Below are positions 30,646 through 46,227 of a stretch of DNA of 64,000 nucleotides, in pieces. This DNA comes from the human T2T-CHM13v2.0 reference genome, Homo sapiens. Positions within the stretch are counted from its first letter, which is position 1. Every line of letters begins with the position of its first letter. The translations under genes were made by a program, and so were the position numbers. The stretch lies in NCBI RefSeq assembly GCF_009914755.1, contig NC_060930.1. One strand, written 5' to 3'. The notes under the pieces are model-generated. The model was not told the DNA's origin and ran no database searches. It worked only from the letters and a program-made list of their open reading frames with translations.

Positions 30646-31706
30646 AAAACTATTTAAAACTTCATCTGGAACCAAAAAAAAGCCCAAATAGCCAAGGCAA
30701 TTCTAAGCAAAAAGGACAAACCTGGAGGCAACATGTTATCTGACTTCAAAGTATTGTACTGCAGGGCTACACTAACCAAGACAGCGTGGTACTGGTACAA
30801 AAGCAGACACATAGACCAATAGCACAGAATGGAGTGCTCACAAATAAGGTCGCACACCTACAACCATCTGATCTTCAATAAAGTTGTCAAAAACAAGCAA
30901 TGGGAAAAGGATTATCTAGTCAATAAAGTGTGCTCGGATAACCGGCTAGCCATATGCAGAAGATTGAAACTGGACTCCTTCCTTATACCATGTACAAAAA
31001 TCAACTCGAGATGGATTAAAGACTTAAATGTAAAACTCAAAACTATAAAAACCCTGGAAGATAACCTAAGCAATACCGTTCTGAACATAGGAATTCACAA
31101 GGATTTTATGATGAAGATACCAAAAGCAATTGCAACAAAAGCAAAAATTGACAAATGGGATTTAATTAAACTAAAGAGCTTCTGCACAGCAAAAGAAACT
31201 ATCAACAGGATGAACAGACAACCTATAGAATGAGAGAAAATTTTTGCAAACTATGTATCTGACAAATATCTAATATCCAGCATATATAAGGAACTTAAAC
31301 AAATTTACGAGAATAAAAAACAAATTCTATTAGAAAGCAGACAAAGGACATGAACATCTTTCAGAAGAAGACATACATGTGGCCAAGGCCGAGATGCATA
31401 TGAAAAAAATATATAAAGCTCAACATCACTGACTATTAGAGAAATACAAATCAAAACCACTATGTAATACCATCTCATACCAGTCAGAATGGCTACTATC
31501 AAAAAGTAAAAAACAAACAAACAAACAAAAAACAGATGCTGGCAAGGTTGTGGAGAAAAGGGAATGCTTACATGATGTTGCTGGGAGTGTACGTTAGTTC
31601 AACTATTATGGAAAGCAGTATGGTGATTCTACAAAGAGCTGAAAACAGAATGATCATTTCATCCAGCAATCCCATTACTAGGTATATCCCCAAAAGAATA
31701 TAAATT

Positions 31707-32044
<338 letters not shown>

Positions 32045-33413
32045 TCATTCCAGCACTATTCACAGCAGTGAAGACATGGAATCAACCTAAATGCCCATCA
32101 GTGATAGACTGGATAAAAAAATGTGGTACATGTACACCATGGAATACTATGCAGCCATAAAAAGAATGAGATCATGTCCTTTGCAGGAACATGAATGGAA
32201 CTGGAAGCCATTATCCTCAGCAAACTAATGCAGGAACAGAAAATCAAATACCATGTTCTCACTTATAAGTGAGAACTAAATGATGAGAACATATGGACAC
32301 AAAGAGGGGAACAGCAGACACTGGGGCCTCCCTGAGGGAGGAGGGTGGGAGGAGGGAGAAAAGAGGAAAACGTAACTATTGGGTACTAGGCTTATTACCT
32401 GGATGATGAAATAATCTGTACAAAAAGCCCCTGTGACATGAGTTTACCTATACAACAAACCTGCATATGTACCCCTGAACTTAAAAGTTAAAAAGAAGGA
32501 AGAAAACAAAAATGGAACATCTAGTGGGACTTACATTCCTGAAAGTTTGAATAAATGTTATCTGAACTTGTCACCCCTTATTCCCAGTTCAGCATAATTA
32601 AAAATTTTTTATTTTATATTTTCAAAACTCTAATCTAGGACCTCAAAAAATAGGCACTCACTATGTGTTGCATCTTTCCTTCAAAAATATTTTTGAGAAT
32701 TGGATCTTTTAAAAATTAATACACCTTTATATTCACTAAAGAATACTTTTATAACAAGCACAAATTACACACACACACACACACACATTTACCATGCACA
32801 AAGCTATTATATGTAAAATATGAAAATGTTTACTCACTCTCTGAAATTTTTTTATGGTTTCTCTGGAATAGGGGTAGGTTGGTGGAATGCAACGCAAATG
32901 AGGAAAAGAGACAAGGATTTGGACTTCTAATGTTTTTATAGGGCAAATGTAAACACAGGCTGATGTTTTACAGAATAATGCCTTCAGGACAAAATATATC
33001 AACAACTGCTCTCTGTCCCCCCCAGTAGAATTAGTATCGTTTGGATCATGAAGGAATAAATATTAATAATATGAGTTTCAATTGACTAATTAATAACATG
33101 CACAATACAACCATTTGACAAACATAAATCAAAGAAAGAGCATCTAGCTTTTTGGTAATGGGAGGATACACAATCAAATGCAGTGAGAAATTATTCAGGG
33201 AACTGCAGAAAAATCAGGCTGCATTGTTCTTTTCTAAGGAAGCAACATGCAAGATCATGTTATTCACATACAAAAGTACTGGAATGCAACCATCTCCTCT
33301 TCTTACTACAAAGTGCAATTCTATTCAATTCTAGAAATACTTATTAAGCACCTACTATGAGTACTTACTATTTGTCATGCACATTGGTTGGCATTTGTGG
33401 AAACCAGTACACT

Positions 33414-33784
33414 TGTATTAGTCTGTTCTCATGCTGCTAATAAAGACATACCCAGGACTGGGTAATTTATAAAGGAAAGAGGTTTAACTGACTCACAGTT
33501 CAGCATGGCTGTGGAAGCCTTGGGAAATTTACAATCATGGTGGAAGGGGAAGCAAACATGTCCTTCTTCACATGGTGGCAGCAAGGAGAAGTGCCAAGCA
33601 AAACTGGGAAAAGCTCCTTATAAAACCATCAGATCTCATAAGAACTCACTCACTCATGAGAACAGCATGGAAATAACCATCCCTATGATTCAATTACCTC
33701 CCACAAGGTCCCTCCCACTACATGTGTGGATTATTGGAACTACAATTCAATAAGAGATTTGTGTGACACAGCCAAACCATATCA
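33414..33784 (-). mobile_element. THE1 (D-like) solo LTR
   Basis: TGTATTAGTCTGTTCTCATGCTGC...CAGCCAAACCATATCA. Perfect TSD ACACT. Confidence 0.93.
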
Positions 33785-34186
33785 ACACTAGATTGGTGAC
33801 AAGCACATGCTTTAGTGTCAGGCAAAGAGTGTTTGAAAACCAATTCCATCACTTACTAGTTTTTTGTTTTTACCATGGGAAAGTTAAACAACATCTCTCT
33901 CTCTCGCTCTTGTTCTCTCTCCCTCCCTCCTTCCTCTCTTTTAAACTGAGACATAACTTGCATATAATAAGATGTTTAAGTATTAAACAAGCTAAATGAT
34001 ATTTACATTTTTATATACCAGATCAATGTACAGAACATTTGCATAATGTCAGAAAACATCCTTGTGTTCCTTCCCAATGAAAACTTTCCAGCCCCATTCC
34101 CACTGGAAGAAAATACTATTCTGCTTCCTGTCAATATAGGTTAGTTTTGCTTATTGTTGAAATTTGTATAGATAGAATACTATATG

Positions 34187-34187
34187 T

Positions 34188-34220
<33 letters not shown>

Positions 34221-34412
34221 TGACAGGGTCTCACTGTCACCCAGGCCAGAGAGCAGTGGCTCGATCTTGACTCACTGCAACCTCTGCCTCCCGGGTTCAA
34301 GTGATTGTCATGCCTCGGCCTCCTGAGTAGCTGGAATTACAGGCTTTTGCCATCACACGCTACTAATTTTTGTATTTTTAGTAGAGACGAGATTTCACCA
34401 TGTTGGCCAGGC
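34187..34412 (-). mobile_element. Truncated AluS with (GTT)n tail, following an L1M fragment (~33940-34186)
   Basis: Antisense Alu stops at TTGGCCAGGC. Confidence 0.88.
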
Positions 34413-36179
34413 CAATTTTGTAAGATGACTAGCTTCGAGCATTTAGAAAGATATTCACAGAAAGAATATTTTTCTCCTGTTCCTGTTTTCTCCTGTTCTT
34501 TCCCCACCCCAATGCCCAACAGTTGCTGTCTCTCAAATCACCCGATTTCTTTCATGTCTTTTTTCATGTTTGAAATGATCATGTTTATTCATCTGTTTAC
34601 TTCTTGATTTCCTATCTCCCCAGATAAGAAACTCCTTGGGGATAGAGAACCTTCTGTCTTATTAACATTTGAATTTCTAACATCTAGGTTGGAGAAAAAA
34701 AATAGTTGTGACTTCATATTTCTCCTTCTTCTGCACTATGTTCTCGTTTTAATTTCAAATATGAAGTGAAGATGGACATTGTAACTGAAGCGTACTGATT
34801 TAGATATAGGCATCTTATGTTTAAACCATCAGGTAAGATGCCTAGAGTACTTGTGGATTCTTCAAAGCATTTCTCAGTTGTCCTTGTTTACAAATTGCTA
34901 CCTTTGAAGGGAAACTGAGCTAAAGCATTGCTTAACATTTTTAAGCTCCTAGCACAGCAATTTCATATTCTCACATTGAAATGAAAGATGCTTTAAAAAA
35001 TCTCTTTAAAAGGTGATTAGATAATGCTAAATACGCTTTAGAATTGTCAACATATTTCTAAGGTTTTTTATACCTCTATAGACAAAGGATGATGGCACTT
35101 TTTTGTTGTTCCTTTGCTACTTATTCAGTCATTCAACCAATATAAATGTCTTGCATGTTGTAGACATAAGACATACATCTTGCCCTTGTTAAGCTCAGAT
35201 TCCAGAAGAAAGTTTATTCATAGCATGGGAAATGCCACGATAGAACCATATACAAGTTACTCTGGAAAGCCAGCAAACAGATGGGACTGAATGAGGCTGG
35301 GAAAGAAGAAAAGCACCACCATAGAACAGGTAATGTTGAAGCTGAGGCACAGAGAAGATTCATATACTCATCAGAAGAAAATGTGAGTGAAGAGTAGTTC
35401 TGACTGACAGAACTTGAGAAGACAAAAAGGTGATAAAGGAAAGTCAGCAGTTCTACCAATCATGTTAAATACCGAGAATTAATAGGCTGATAGACATGAG
35501 ACAAGTCAGTAAATCTCCAAACAAAGATTAATGCCTACTAATTGAATAACTCTGGCCTAAGTGCTGGGCATGGGGAGAAGGTCTTGCCTAAACAGTTCTT
35601 GTCTTCTGGTCTATATTCTAATTGCTGATAGAAGACATAAATACTTTACTTGCAAGCAATGGTACAAGGCAATAATACACAGTGCAGTGTTGAGGAAAAT
35701 GAGGACTTTATTGATTAGACCAGTTGGCTTCCAACCTCTTCATTACTCATTTCTACTTGTAGAAAGTGTTTGAGTATGCATGCCTCTCTATATATATTTA
35801 TTTCCTTAGAAACAATGCATATATACTATTGTCTAGATACATTAAAATCAGTGAAGATTACTTTTTCCTTGTAGGTAAAAATAAGTATAAATAGAAAACC
35901 TAATACTTTTTCCATACCTTACTGGATCACCTTGTGTAATTCTTAGGGTGCACACACCTGCATAAAAAATGACTAGCTGTGAGCATTTTGCAAGGTATTC
36001 ACAGAAAGAATATTTTTTCTCCTGTTCACAGCATGGCCTAGATTTGTTCCAGAAATGAGTGGCACTTTTAAGCAAGGATGAAAATGGGAGCAAAGTGTGT
36101 TCTAGAAACTGAACGAAGAAAATGCTTCCTAGACCTTTGATTAAAGGAGGACATTATATCAAGCTTAGTAAATCTAGAT

Positions 36180-36353
36180 CAGGATTTCTCAAGTGTGATC
36201 TGTGGACCACTGGCATCAGAATGACTTGGGGAGATTTTAATGTAAACTGACTCCTGGGTCCCACCCAAGGCTCACTGAAGCAGAATATCTGGAAAAGGAG
36301 ACAGGGAAACTGTAATAAGCTGAGTCTTTTTATCACTAAAGTTTAAAAACAAG
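36180..36353. mobile_element. MER5-family hAT fossil
   Basis: CAGGATTTCTCAAGTGTGATC..GGACCACTGGCATCAGAAT..CACTAAAGTTTAAAAAC. Confidence 0.7.
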
Positions 36354-39300
36354 CAATCTAAAAAATGGAGACTTCAAATGGTCAAACCAAAATTTTATGT
36401 ATTTTATGAAAAGCTAAGGTGTCACAGAGATGACAGATATGTTAATACGGCTGGTTGCATTGGAGAATCCATTAGTCATAGACAATATAGAATTTATGAA
36501 AAATACTTACTTTCATTGTTTAGTTTTGCTAAGGAGAGGAAAATTTGCTATTTGGATCCTCACTCAAAGAATATTTTCTCTGAGAGTAGTGAATCCATTT
36601 ACAATTAAGGTTATACTTCTTTTTTCTACAGACTATATGCCACATTATGCAGGAAAGTGGTTTTTGAGTCTTTGAGGACAACTTGCTCTCCAGGTAAATG
36701 AGTATAGACAAGAGTGATGCCCAATGAACAGTTCTGTGCAATAATTGTTAATATGGCTTAATCTTTAGTTGATGGCCCTTGTCACAGTTTTGGATGTTCT
36801 AGTTCAGTTATCTTATTCTTCTCTAAGACCAGTCATACAAGAGATAACTCAATTAGAACCAAAATTTCTGAATGATCCATTCTATCAGTGCATTTCATTA
36901 CATATTGAAACTTCCACTCAAAGTTACAAACTAATATTTTACCATACATTAAAAAGAAACTGGATATTAGTTTATGCTGCTGTGCATGACACCATGACAC
37001 AGTTCCAATTTGTATCCAAAAGCACCCTGATTGAATTGGAACACAAGAGCTTGTTTGTGGCTTAGAGGCCCCAGCTAAAGATATAGTTATTGAGTTTTAA
37101 AAAACTGAATGAGGGAATTGTTTTTAAAATCACATTTCTATTCCCTCCAAATGGAAACAATCTTCTTTTAAATTCTCATGACACTTTATGTATAACTCTC
37201 CTATAGTACATATTACTTTCCCACTGGTATCAATATACACACATCCCTGGAGAGAACTCTGTGATGATCCATGCTTTACAGGGGCAACATATGGCTTCAT
37301 TCATCATCTCTGCTGAATAGTACCTTAAGAGACAAGTCTCAAAGGTAGCTATTTAATATTAAATGAGCTCTAAACACCTTCTCAAGACTCAGAGAGAGGC
37401 AATTCATACCTGCAAATATAGTACCTGCTTTTAGTTCTCATTTCTGACCCTCTAAGTTCTTATCATGGACCACAACTCTGTACCACCTAAGGCAAGGACC
37501 CAGTACCTTCCACATCACTCATTGTTTTAGGCCTTAATTGCAAACAACTAGTTAATATTTACTATGTTCATTTATATAGTTGAGGAAACTGATGCTTGTA
37601 GAATTTAAACAAGTTGCTCAGAGTCACACAACTTTAAACAGAAGGAGCCAATCTTTCAGACCAGATCTATTAGACCCAAGAGCCTAAGACAATGACTGTA
37701 TTCCATCTGCCCTCCATTGTGGATTCTTGTCTATTTCTCCATTCCGGTCTCTGTCAAGTTCCTACATTTATATAACAAAAGCAAAATACATTTACAATAT
37801 ATTTATATATTTAAAAGATTTAACAATAGACCATAATGCTTGTTAAGAGAATATATTATTTATTAATTAAGCTATGCATTACCTTGGTTTATTCATATAA
37901 AGAGTGAAGAACTTTGGCTAAACTAATCAATCATGGAGAGACATTATGTTGTACCGCAGTGCCACAGTACTTGAGCATTTCAAGGGAATTTCTACGTAAA
38001 GTTCAAATATTTTTGGAAATAATTATAAGTATTATTTGTTAAGCATCAATTATATGTCCGGCATTGTACTATTTAGTTTCAGACATAATTAGACTCCAAA
38101 GAGACAGGGGCTAACAATGCCTATTTTAAATAAAAGAAAGCAAAGACCCAGGATAAAAGATGGTAGGTTTCTTGCCCCACGTAGCAGTTAGGAAGCAACT
38201 CTCAAATCTTTCTTCCTCCAAAGCCTTGTCCCTTCCATTAAACTACATTTCCTCATTCATATGTTCTCTGCTACCTTCCATCTAAATTCCTCCCTTTAAA
38301 AGGTGGAAAAAGATGCCATATCTGAACATTTATTACACATGAAGTCTCATAGCTCTCCTGTGCTCTCAACTTGCTATGTTGAAGAAGCTCAGTAAATCTT
38401 TTGTTTGCATCTACTTCCCTTTGACTAGGGCTGACATTTCTGAATTAGCTGGGCATCTAACACCTGAGTTAATCTAGTAATATTGTTCTACTCTATCTTT
38501 TTCTCTCTGACACATACTCCCAAATATTTATAATTCTGTGTTCCCCCATGAATGTGCAGCTACTTGTCTTTCTCTTGTTCTATTTTTAAAACTCATTTTT
38601 TCTGCTGATTCTTTCCTGATTGCATATCTTTATTTCACAAATATTGGCATTCTCCTCAGCACTAATACTGATGAAAACATACAGCACGAAACACATTGAC
38701 AGCCTCCTTCCCATCACCTGGCCGGGAGAGGAGTCCACACAGCTTAAGCAAAATCCATTCTAGGGCTCAAGGAACACTGGCCACATAACAGCTTAATAAT
38801 TCAAGCCCCTGGCAACCACACAACTAGAATGAGTTGTTATTTTCCCAAAGGGATTCAAATTATGCTTAACATGCATCACACAGGGAAGTATTTTACTGAA
38901 TTCTCTCCTCTCTGACTGTGACCAAGAAAAAATAGAGGGGAAGAAAAGCTTGCTATTTTCGTGCTGGTGAAGGCTATATTTGGAGAGGAAGCTTGCGTTC
39001 TATTGGAGGCTAATTCTGGAGAAGATTACAGTGGAAATTAAGGATAACTAAGATGGAGGGCATTAAGGACATAAAATTTAAAATGTTATTTTCACCTATC
39101 AACAGCCACACCAGGAAGCACTAACACCAGCTATGTCACACTCCTTCAATGGCCTTTTGAAGATGCTATAGATTCTATATTAAAGACACAAGGCATTCAC
39201 CAGTTTAAACATTCCCTTCCCTCATTTGGAAAACTGAAGTCTACTTTTTAAATATCATGCTTGCTTTGGAGAAAATGAAATATCCTGAGATGATAAATGA

Positions 39301-42300
39301 ACAACAATTTACCACCTGAAGAAACAAGCCACACTGCCGCCAGAGCATTTTTCAGGAGAGGCGGAACATCCATTGATCATGCATATTTACTCCTGACATA
39401 CCCAGACCACCTGTAAATCTCCTGGTCTGGACTGGAAAATAAAAAATGTTTGCCACACCGTTACACTTCTTCCAGATGAATGCTAACACTGTATGAACAG
39501 CACTTTACTTCGGAACAGATTTAACACTGAGGTTAACTGTTTTTTGTCTGTGAGAGGTGGAGGCAAGTGTTTTCTGTTCAGGACTTTATTGATGGAGAAC
39601 TATGGGCCATGCAGGTATGATGGTGACTGTAGGAGTTTTTGAAATACGCGGTAGGTCCTTTTCCTCAATTAATAATAACACTTCTGAAATCAAAAGTGAT
39701 ATATATTCATTGCAGAAAGCTAGAAAATTTAGACAAGTGAAAAAAGAAAAGAAAAAAAATAAGACCAAAATCCACCTATGATTCCAACACATAGAGGAAA
39801 TTACGTGACACTTTGATATATATCCTTCCAGGAAATTTTTCTATGCACAAATTCTATATTTTTCCCCAAATAAATATTAAACATATGATTGGTAAACAAT
39901 ATTTTAATGTAAATGTGTATCATGAATATACATCACATAATTAAATATGCATATTATTTTATTCATTAATTTCAATGTATGTATAGTATTTAATAAATAT
40001 TTTAATATAATTTCTTCTTTTTAAAAATTTTAAGATTGGGGTACATGTGCAGGTTTGTTATATAGGTAAACTTGTGTCATGGGAGTTTGTTATACAGATT
40101 ATTTCATCACCCCAGTACTAAGCCTAGTACCCAATAGTTATGTTTTCTACTGTTTTCCTTCCTCTCATCCTCCACCCTCATGTAGGCCCCCATGTTTGTT
40201 TTTCCCTTCTATGCGTCAATGTATTCTCATCACTTAGCTCCCATTTATAAGTAAGAACACGCAATATTGGGTTTTCTGTTTCTGCATTAGTTTGCTAAGA
40301 ATTATGGCCTCTACCTCCATCCATGTTCTTGCAAAGGAAATGATCTTGTTCTTTTTTATGGCTGCATAGTATTCCATGGTGTATATGTACCACAGTTTCT
40401 TATCCAATCTACCACTGATGGGCATTTAGGTTGATTGCGTGTCTTTGCTACTGTGAATAGTGCTGCAATGAACATACATGTGTATGTGTCTTTATGATAG
40501 AACCATTTATATTCCTTTGGGTATGTACCCACTAATGAAATTGCTGTGTTGAATGGTAGTTCTGTTTTCAGTTCTTTGAGGAACTGCCGCACTGCTTTCC
40601 ACAATGGTTGAAACAATTTACACCCCCACCAACCATTAACAGAGTATAAGCATTCCCTTTTCTTCACAACCTCTCCAGCATCTGTTATTTTTTGACTTTT
40701 TGATAGTAGCCACTCTGACTGGTGTGAGATGGTATCTCATTGTGATTTTGATTGGCATTTCACTAATAATCAGTGATGTTGAGCTTTTTTTCATATGCTT
40801 GTTGACTACATGTATGTCTTTTTTTGAAAAGTGTCTGTTCATGTCTTTTGCCCACTTTCTAATGGAGCTTGTTGTTTTGTTTTGTTTGGTAAATTTCTTT
40901 AAGTTCCTGAGAGATGCTGGATATTAGACATTTGTCAGATGCATAGTTTGCAAAAATTTTCTCCCATTCTGTAGGTTATCTGTTTACTCTGTTGATAGTT
41001 TCTTTTGCTGTACATAAGCTCTTTAACTAGATCCCATTTGTCAATTTTTGCTTTTGTTGCAATTTCTTTTGAATGTTTTCATCATGAAATCTTTGCCAGT
41101 TTCTATGTCCAGAATGGTATTGCCTAGGTTGTCTTCCAGGGTTTTTATAGTTTTGGGTTTTACATTTAAGTCTTTCATCCATCTTCAGTTGATTTTTGCA
41201 TGTGGTGTAAGTAAGGGGTCCAGTTTCAATCTTCTGCATATGGCTAGTCAGTTATCCCAGCACCATTTGCTGAATAGGGAGTTCTTTCCTCATTGCTTGT
41301 TTTGGTCAGCTTTGTTCAAGATCAGATGTTTGTAAGCATGCAGCCTTATTTCTGAGCTCGTTATTCTGTTCCATTGGTCTATGCATCTGTTTTTGTATGA
41401 GTACCTTGCTGTTTTGGTTAGTGTAGCTCTGAAGTATAGTTTGAAGTCACATAGCAAGATGCCTTCAGGTTTGTTCTTTTTGGTTAGGACTGCTTTGGCT
41501 AATTTGGGCTCTTTTTTGGTTTCATACGGGTTTTAAAATCGTTTTTTCTAGTTAGGCAAAGAATGTCATTGGTAGTTCAATAGGAATAGCATTGAGCCTG
41601 CACATTGCTTTGGGAGTATGGATATTTTAATATTTATTCTTCCTATCCATGAGCATGGGATATTTTTCCATTTGTTTATGTTATCTCTGATTTCTTTGAG
41701 CAATGTTTCATAGTTCTCATTATAGTTCTCATTTCATACTTCTATCACCTCTCTGGTTAGCTGTATTCCTAGGTATTTTACTCTTTTTGTGGCAATTGTG
41801 AATGGGATTGCGTTCCTGAGGTAGCTGTCAGCTTGATTGTTGTTGTTGTATAGAAATGCTAATGATTTTTGCACATTGATTTTGTATGCTGAGATGTTGC
41901 TGAAGTTAGTTATCAGCTTCAGGAGCTTTTGGGCTAAGACTATGGAGTTTTCTAGATATAGGATTATGCCATCTGCAAACAGAGATAATTTGACTTCCTC
42001 TCTTCCTATTTGGATGCTATTTATTTCTTTCTCTTGTCTGATTGCTCTGGTCAGGACTTTCAATAATATGTATGTTGAATAGGAGTGGTGACAGAGAGCA
42101 TCCTTGTCTTGTGCTCGTTTTCAAGAGGAATGCTTCCAGATTTTGCCCACTCTGTACGATGCTAGCTACGGGTTTGTCATAGGTAGTTCTTATTATTTTG
42201 AGGTATGTTTCTTTAATACTTAGTTTATTGAGAGTTTTTAATGCAAGAGGTGTTGAATTTTATCGAAAGCGTTTTCTGCATCTATTGAGATAATCATGTG

Positions 42301-42884
42301 TTTTTTTTTCTCTTGTTCTGTTTATGTGACAAATCACATGTATTGATTTGTATATGTTAGACTGACCTTGCATCCCTACTTGATTGTGGTGGATAAGCTT
42401 TTCGATGTGCTGCTGTATTCAGTTTGTCAGTATTTTGTTGAGGATTTTTGCATTGATGTTCATCAAAGATATTGGCCTGAAGTTTTCTTTTTTGTGTCTC
42501 TGCCAGGTTTCAGTAGCAGGATGATGCTGGCCACAGAATGAGTCAGGAAAGAATCCCTCCTTTTTAATTTTTTGGAATAGTTTCAGTAGGAATGGAACCC
42601 ACTCTTTTCGTATATCTAGTGGAATTCAGCTGTGAATCTGTCTGGTCATGGGCTTTTTTTGGTTGGTAGGCTATTTGTTAGTGATTCAATTTTGGAGCTC
42701 CTTATTGGTCTGTTCAGGGATACCCTTTCTTCCTGGTTCAGTCTTGGGATTGTGTATGTGTCCGGGAATTTATCCATTTCTTCTAGATTTTCCAGTTTGC
42801 GTGCACAGAGGTGTTCATAATATTCCCTGATGGTTATTTGTATTTCTGTGGGCTCAGTGGTAATACCCTTTTTGTCATTTATAA

Positions 42885-43233
<349 letters not shown>

Positions 43234-43271
43234 TTCTTTTTCTATTAGATCCCATTTGCTAGCAGTCTATT

Positions 43272-43276
<5 letters not shown>

Positions 43277-43352
<76 letters not shown>
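43277..43352. repeat. (AT)n followed by poly-T
   Basis: Direct reading. Confidence 0.95.
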
Positions 43353-46227
43353 CCAAAAACCAACTCCTGGATTTGTTGATCTTTTGAGTGTTTTTTTTTT
43401 GTGTCTCAGTCACCTTCAGTTCAGCTCTGATTTGGGATATTTTTTGTCTTCTGCCAGCTTTGGAATTGGTTTGCTCTTGGTTTCTCTAGTTCTTTTAGTT
43501 GTGATGTTAGGTTGGTAAATTGAGATCTTCTTAACTTTTTCATGTGGCATTTACTGTTATAAATTAACACTGCCTTATCTGTGTCCTAGAGATTCTGGTA
43601 CATTGTATTTTTGTTTTCATTAGTTTCAAAGAACTTGATTTCTGCCTTAATTTCATTACTTACCTAGAATAATACCCTGGCTGAACATTTTTTTCTTTCA
43701 TTTTGACTTTGGAGAATCTGACAATCACGTGTCTTGGGGTGATCTTCTTGTGCAGAATCTTGCAGGGGTTCCCTGTATTTCCTGAATTTGACTGTTGGTC
43801 TCATCTAGCAAGATGTTGGGAAATTTTCATGGATGATATCCTGAAATATGTTTTCCAAGTTGTTTGCTTTCTTTCTCTTTCTTTCAAGGATGCCAATGAT
43901 TTGAAGATTTGGCCTCTTTACATAATCCCATATTTTTCAGAGGCTTTATTTATTCCTTTTTATTTTTTTTTCTTTATTTTTGTCTGACTGTTTTGTTTCA
44001 GGGAACCAGTCTTCAAGTTCCAAGATTCTTTCCTCAGCTTGGTCTATTCTGCTGTTAATACTTGCAATTGCATTGTGAAATTATTGTAGTGTGTTTTTCA
44101 GCTCTGCCATGTCAGTTAGGTTCTGTTTTATACTGGCTATTTTGTCTGTCAGGGCCTGTATCATTTTACTGTGATTATTAGTTTCCTTAGAATGGGTTTT
44201 GCCATTCTACTGAATCTCAGTGATCTTTGTTCCTATCCGTAGTCTGAATTCTATTTCTGTCATTTCAGCCAGCTCAGCCTGGTTAAGAATCCTGGTTGGA
44301 GAACTAGTGTGTTTGTCTGGAGGATGTAGACTCTGGCCATTTGAGTTGCCTGAGTTCTTGTATTGGTGCTTTCTCATCTCAGAATGTGGGTGTGTTCCTT
44401 TAACTGCAGTATAGATTGAGTATAGTCAGTAGACTTCTTTTCTGGATGTTTTCACAGGGTGAAGCTTTGTTCATAGTCTTTATTTGTAGCTGACTTCTTG
44501 TCTTCTGCTTCACAGGGCAGTATGTTAGTGAGGTATTTTTGGTGTTGAAGCTTTGGGGTGTGATCCAGTAGGTGGCACTTAGGTGCACAGGTCAGTTGAT
44601 CAGCTCTTTCTTGGTCATGTGGCCTCCCTATATTTTCTCACATTTGCAGCCAGGGTGCCTCTCAATCCTCTGAAAGTGTGGGCTCCTCTCCTACTTGAGT
44701 GTTGGCTGTAGATCATGGCTTGGCACTCTTGGGCTGCCCACTGCACTCTGGAGCAATCTCAGGGTTTATATTTCCTCCTTAATTTGGAGGTAGCGGAGGA
44801 AGGAACCTTAGCAGTGATTGTGGCCAAGGGTCTTTTACTGGAGCTCTACCCCAGAGAGATGCAGGTCAGCAACTGCTCCGTGTAATCATCCCAGGACGTG
44901 GGGTCTGTGCTCTAGGCCCAAGCCAAGGGTTCCTTGTCTGGTGATGAGCAGAGGAGTGGGTGAGACTCATGTAAGACAGACTGGCCTCCTCTCCTTGGGT
45001 CGACAGCAGGTTGTTGGAGGGTGGATAAGGCCCTTAGAGTCTTTGCTTCTTCATTAGTCTGAGGGTAGCAGATAGTACCACCGCAGAGGCAGTGCCAGAT
45101 TGGCTTTCAGTTGCTTCTGGGGCCTCCAGTTCTGAGAAACGTGGAGCCACTATTACTGGGAGTGTTCAGCCAGTGGGGTAGGGTAGCTGCACTGCTGATG
45201 TGAGCTTTGAATTCTGCTTGTAGGGAAGCAGGAGGTTGCAGGCTCAATGGGAGGAGAGACTGTTCTCTTCATATGATGACTGTGGCATCCTGTAAGCTCG
45301 GGTGTAGCCCTCAGGTTCTTTGTTTCTTCCCCCAACTGAGGGCAGCAGGAATAGAACCACTGCTGCGACAGTGGCTGTGGGGCTGTCAGATGTCTCTGGG
45401 AGTCTCTCCCCAGGGAGACTCCAGGCTACTACGAGGGGTATGCTCAGCTGTGGGTGGGGGTAACTGTTCTGTGGTCATGAGCTGGGGGGCCAGCCTGGTG
45501 AGGAGTAGGGGGTGAGGATTCCAAGGGAAGAGAGGCTGGATTCCTCCTATGTGGCTGCAGTGTGCTGGAGGTGCCAGCATCCTGACTAGGCCCTTTGTTC
45601 CTTCCCTAGCCTGAGGGCTGTTAGGGCGTACCACCGCGACTGCAGTAGCAGAGGGGTTATGGGCTGACTCTGGGATTTCCTCCTGAGATAAATACTGAGC
45701 TGCCTGTGATTGAAGTGGTCAGGTGGAGGCAGGATGATTGTGCTGGAGTCCAAGGTCTGACTGCCTGCCCAGTGAGGAGAAGTGAGGACCCAGACCACTT
45801 CCCTGGTTGCAGTAGGCTCCCTGGCTCCGTGTTGCTCCTGAGTGGGTGGTTGTCCTACCTTGCTTTTCTCCATTCTCCCTGGGTCAAGTTGTTTCCTTGA
45901 TGAATCCTAATACATGTACCTGGATGTTTCAGTTGAAGGTGCTGTATTTATTCACCCCCTTCTAATTCCGTGAAAGTGGCGCACACTAGCTGCTTCTAGT
46001 CAGCCATCTTGGCCAGCCTCTCTCTAATTTCTTATTGCAGGTTACTTTGTTTCCAGTTCATTATTAACAGTGCTATGATGAAGAATAAAATAATTTAATC
46101 TTTCAGTTTAAAAAAGATTTTTAGTGGAATTGTTTAAAGCAAATATTCAAAACACAATTTGAGGGCTACTTTATATAAAATGAAATTATTTGTTTGAAGT
46201 GGACACTGAAGTGGAGAGACTGTAAAT

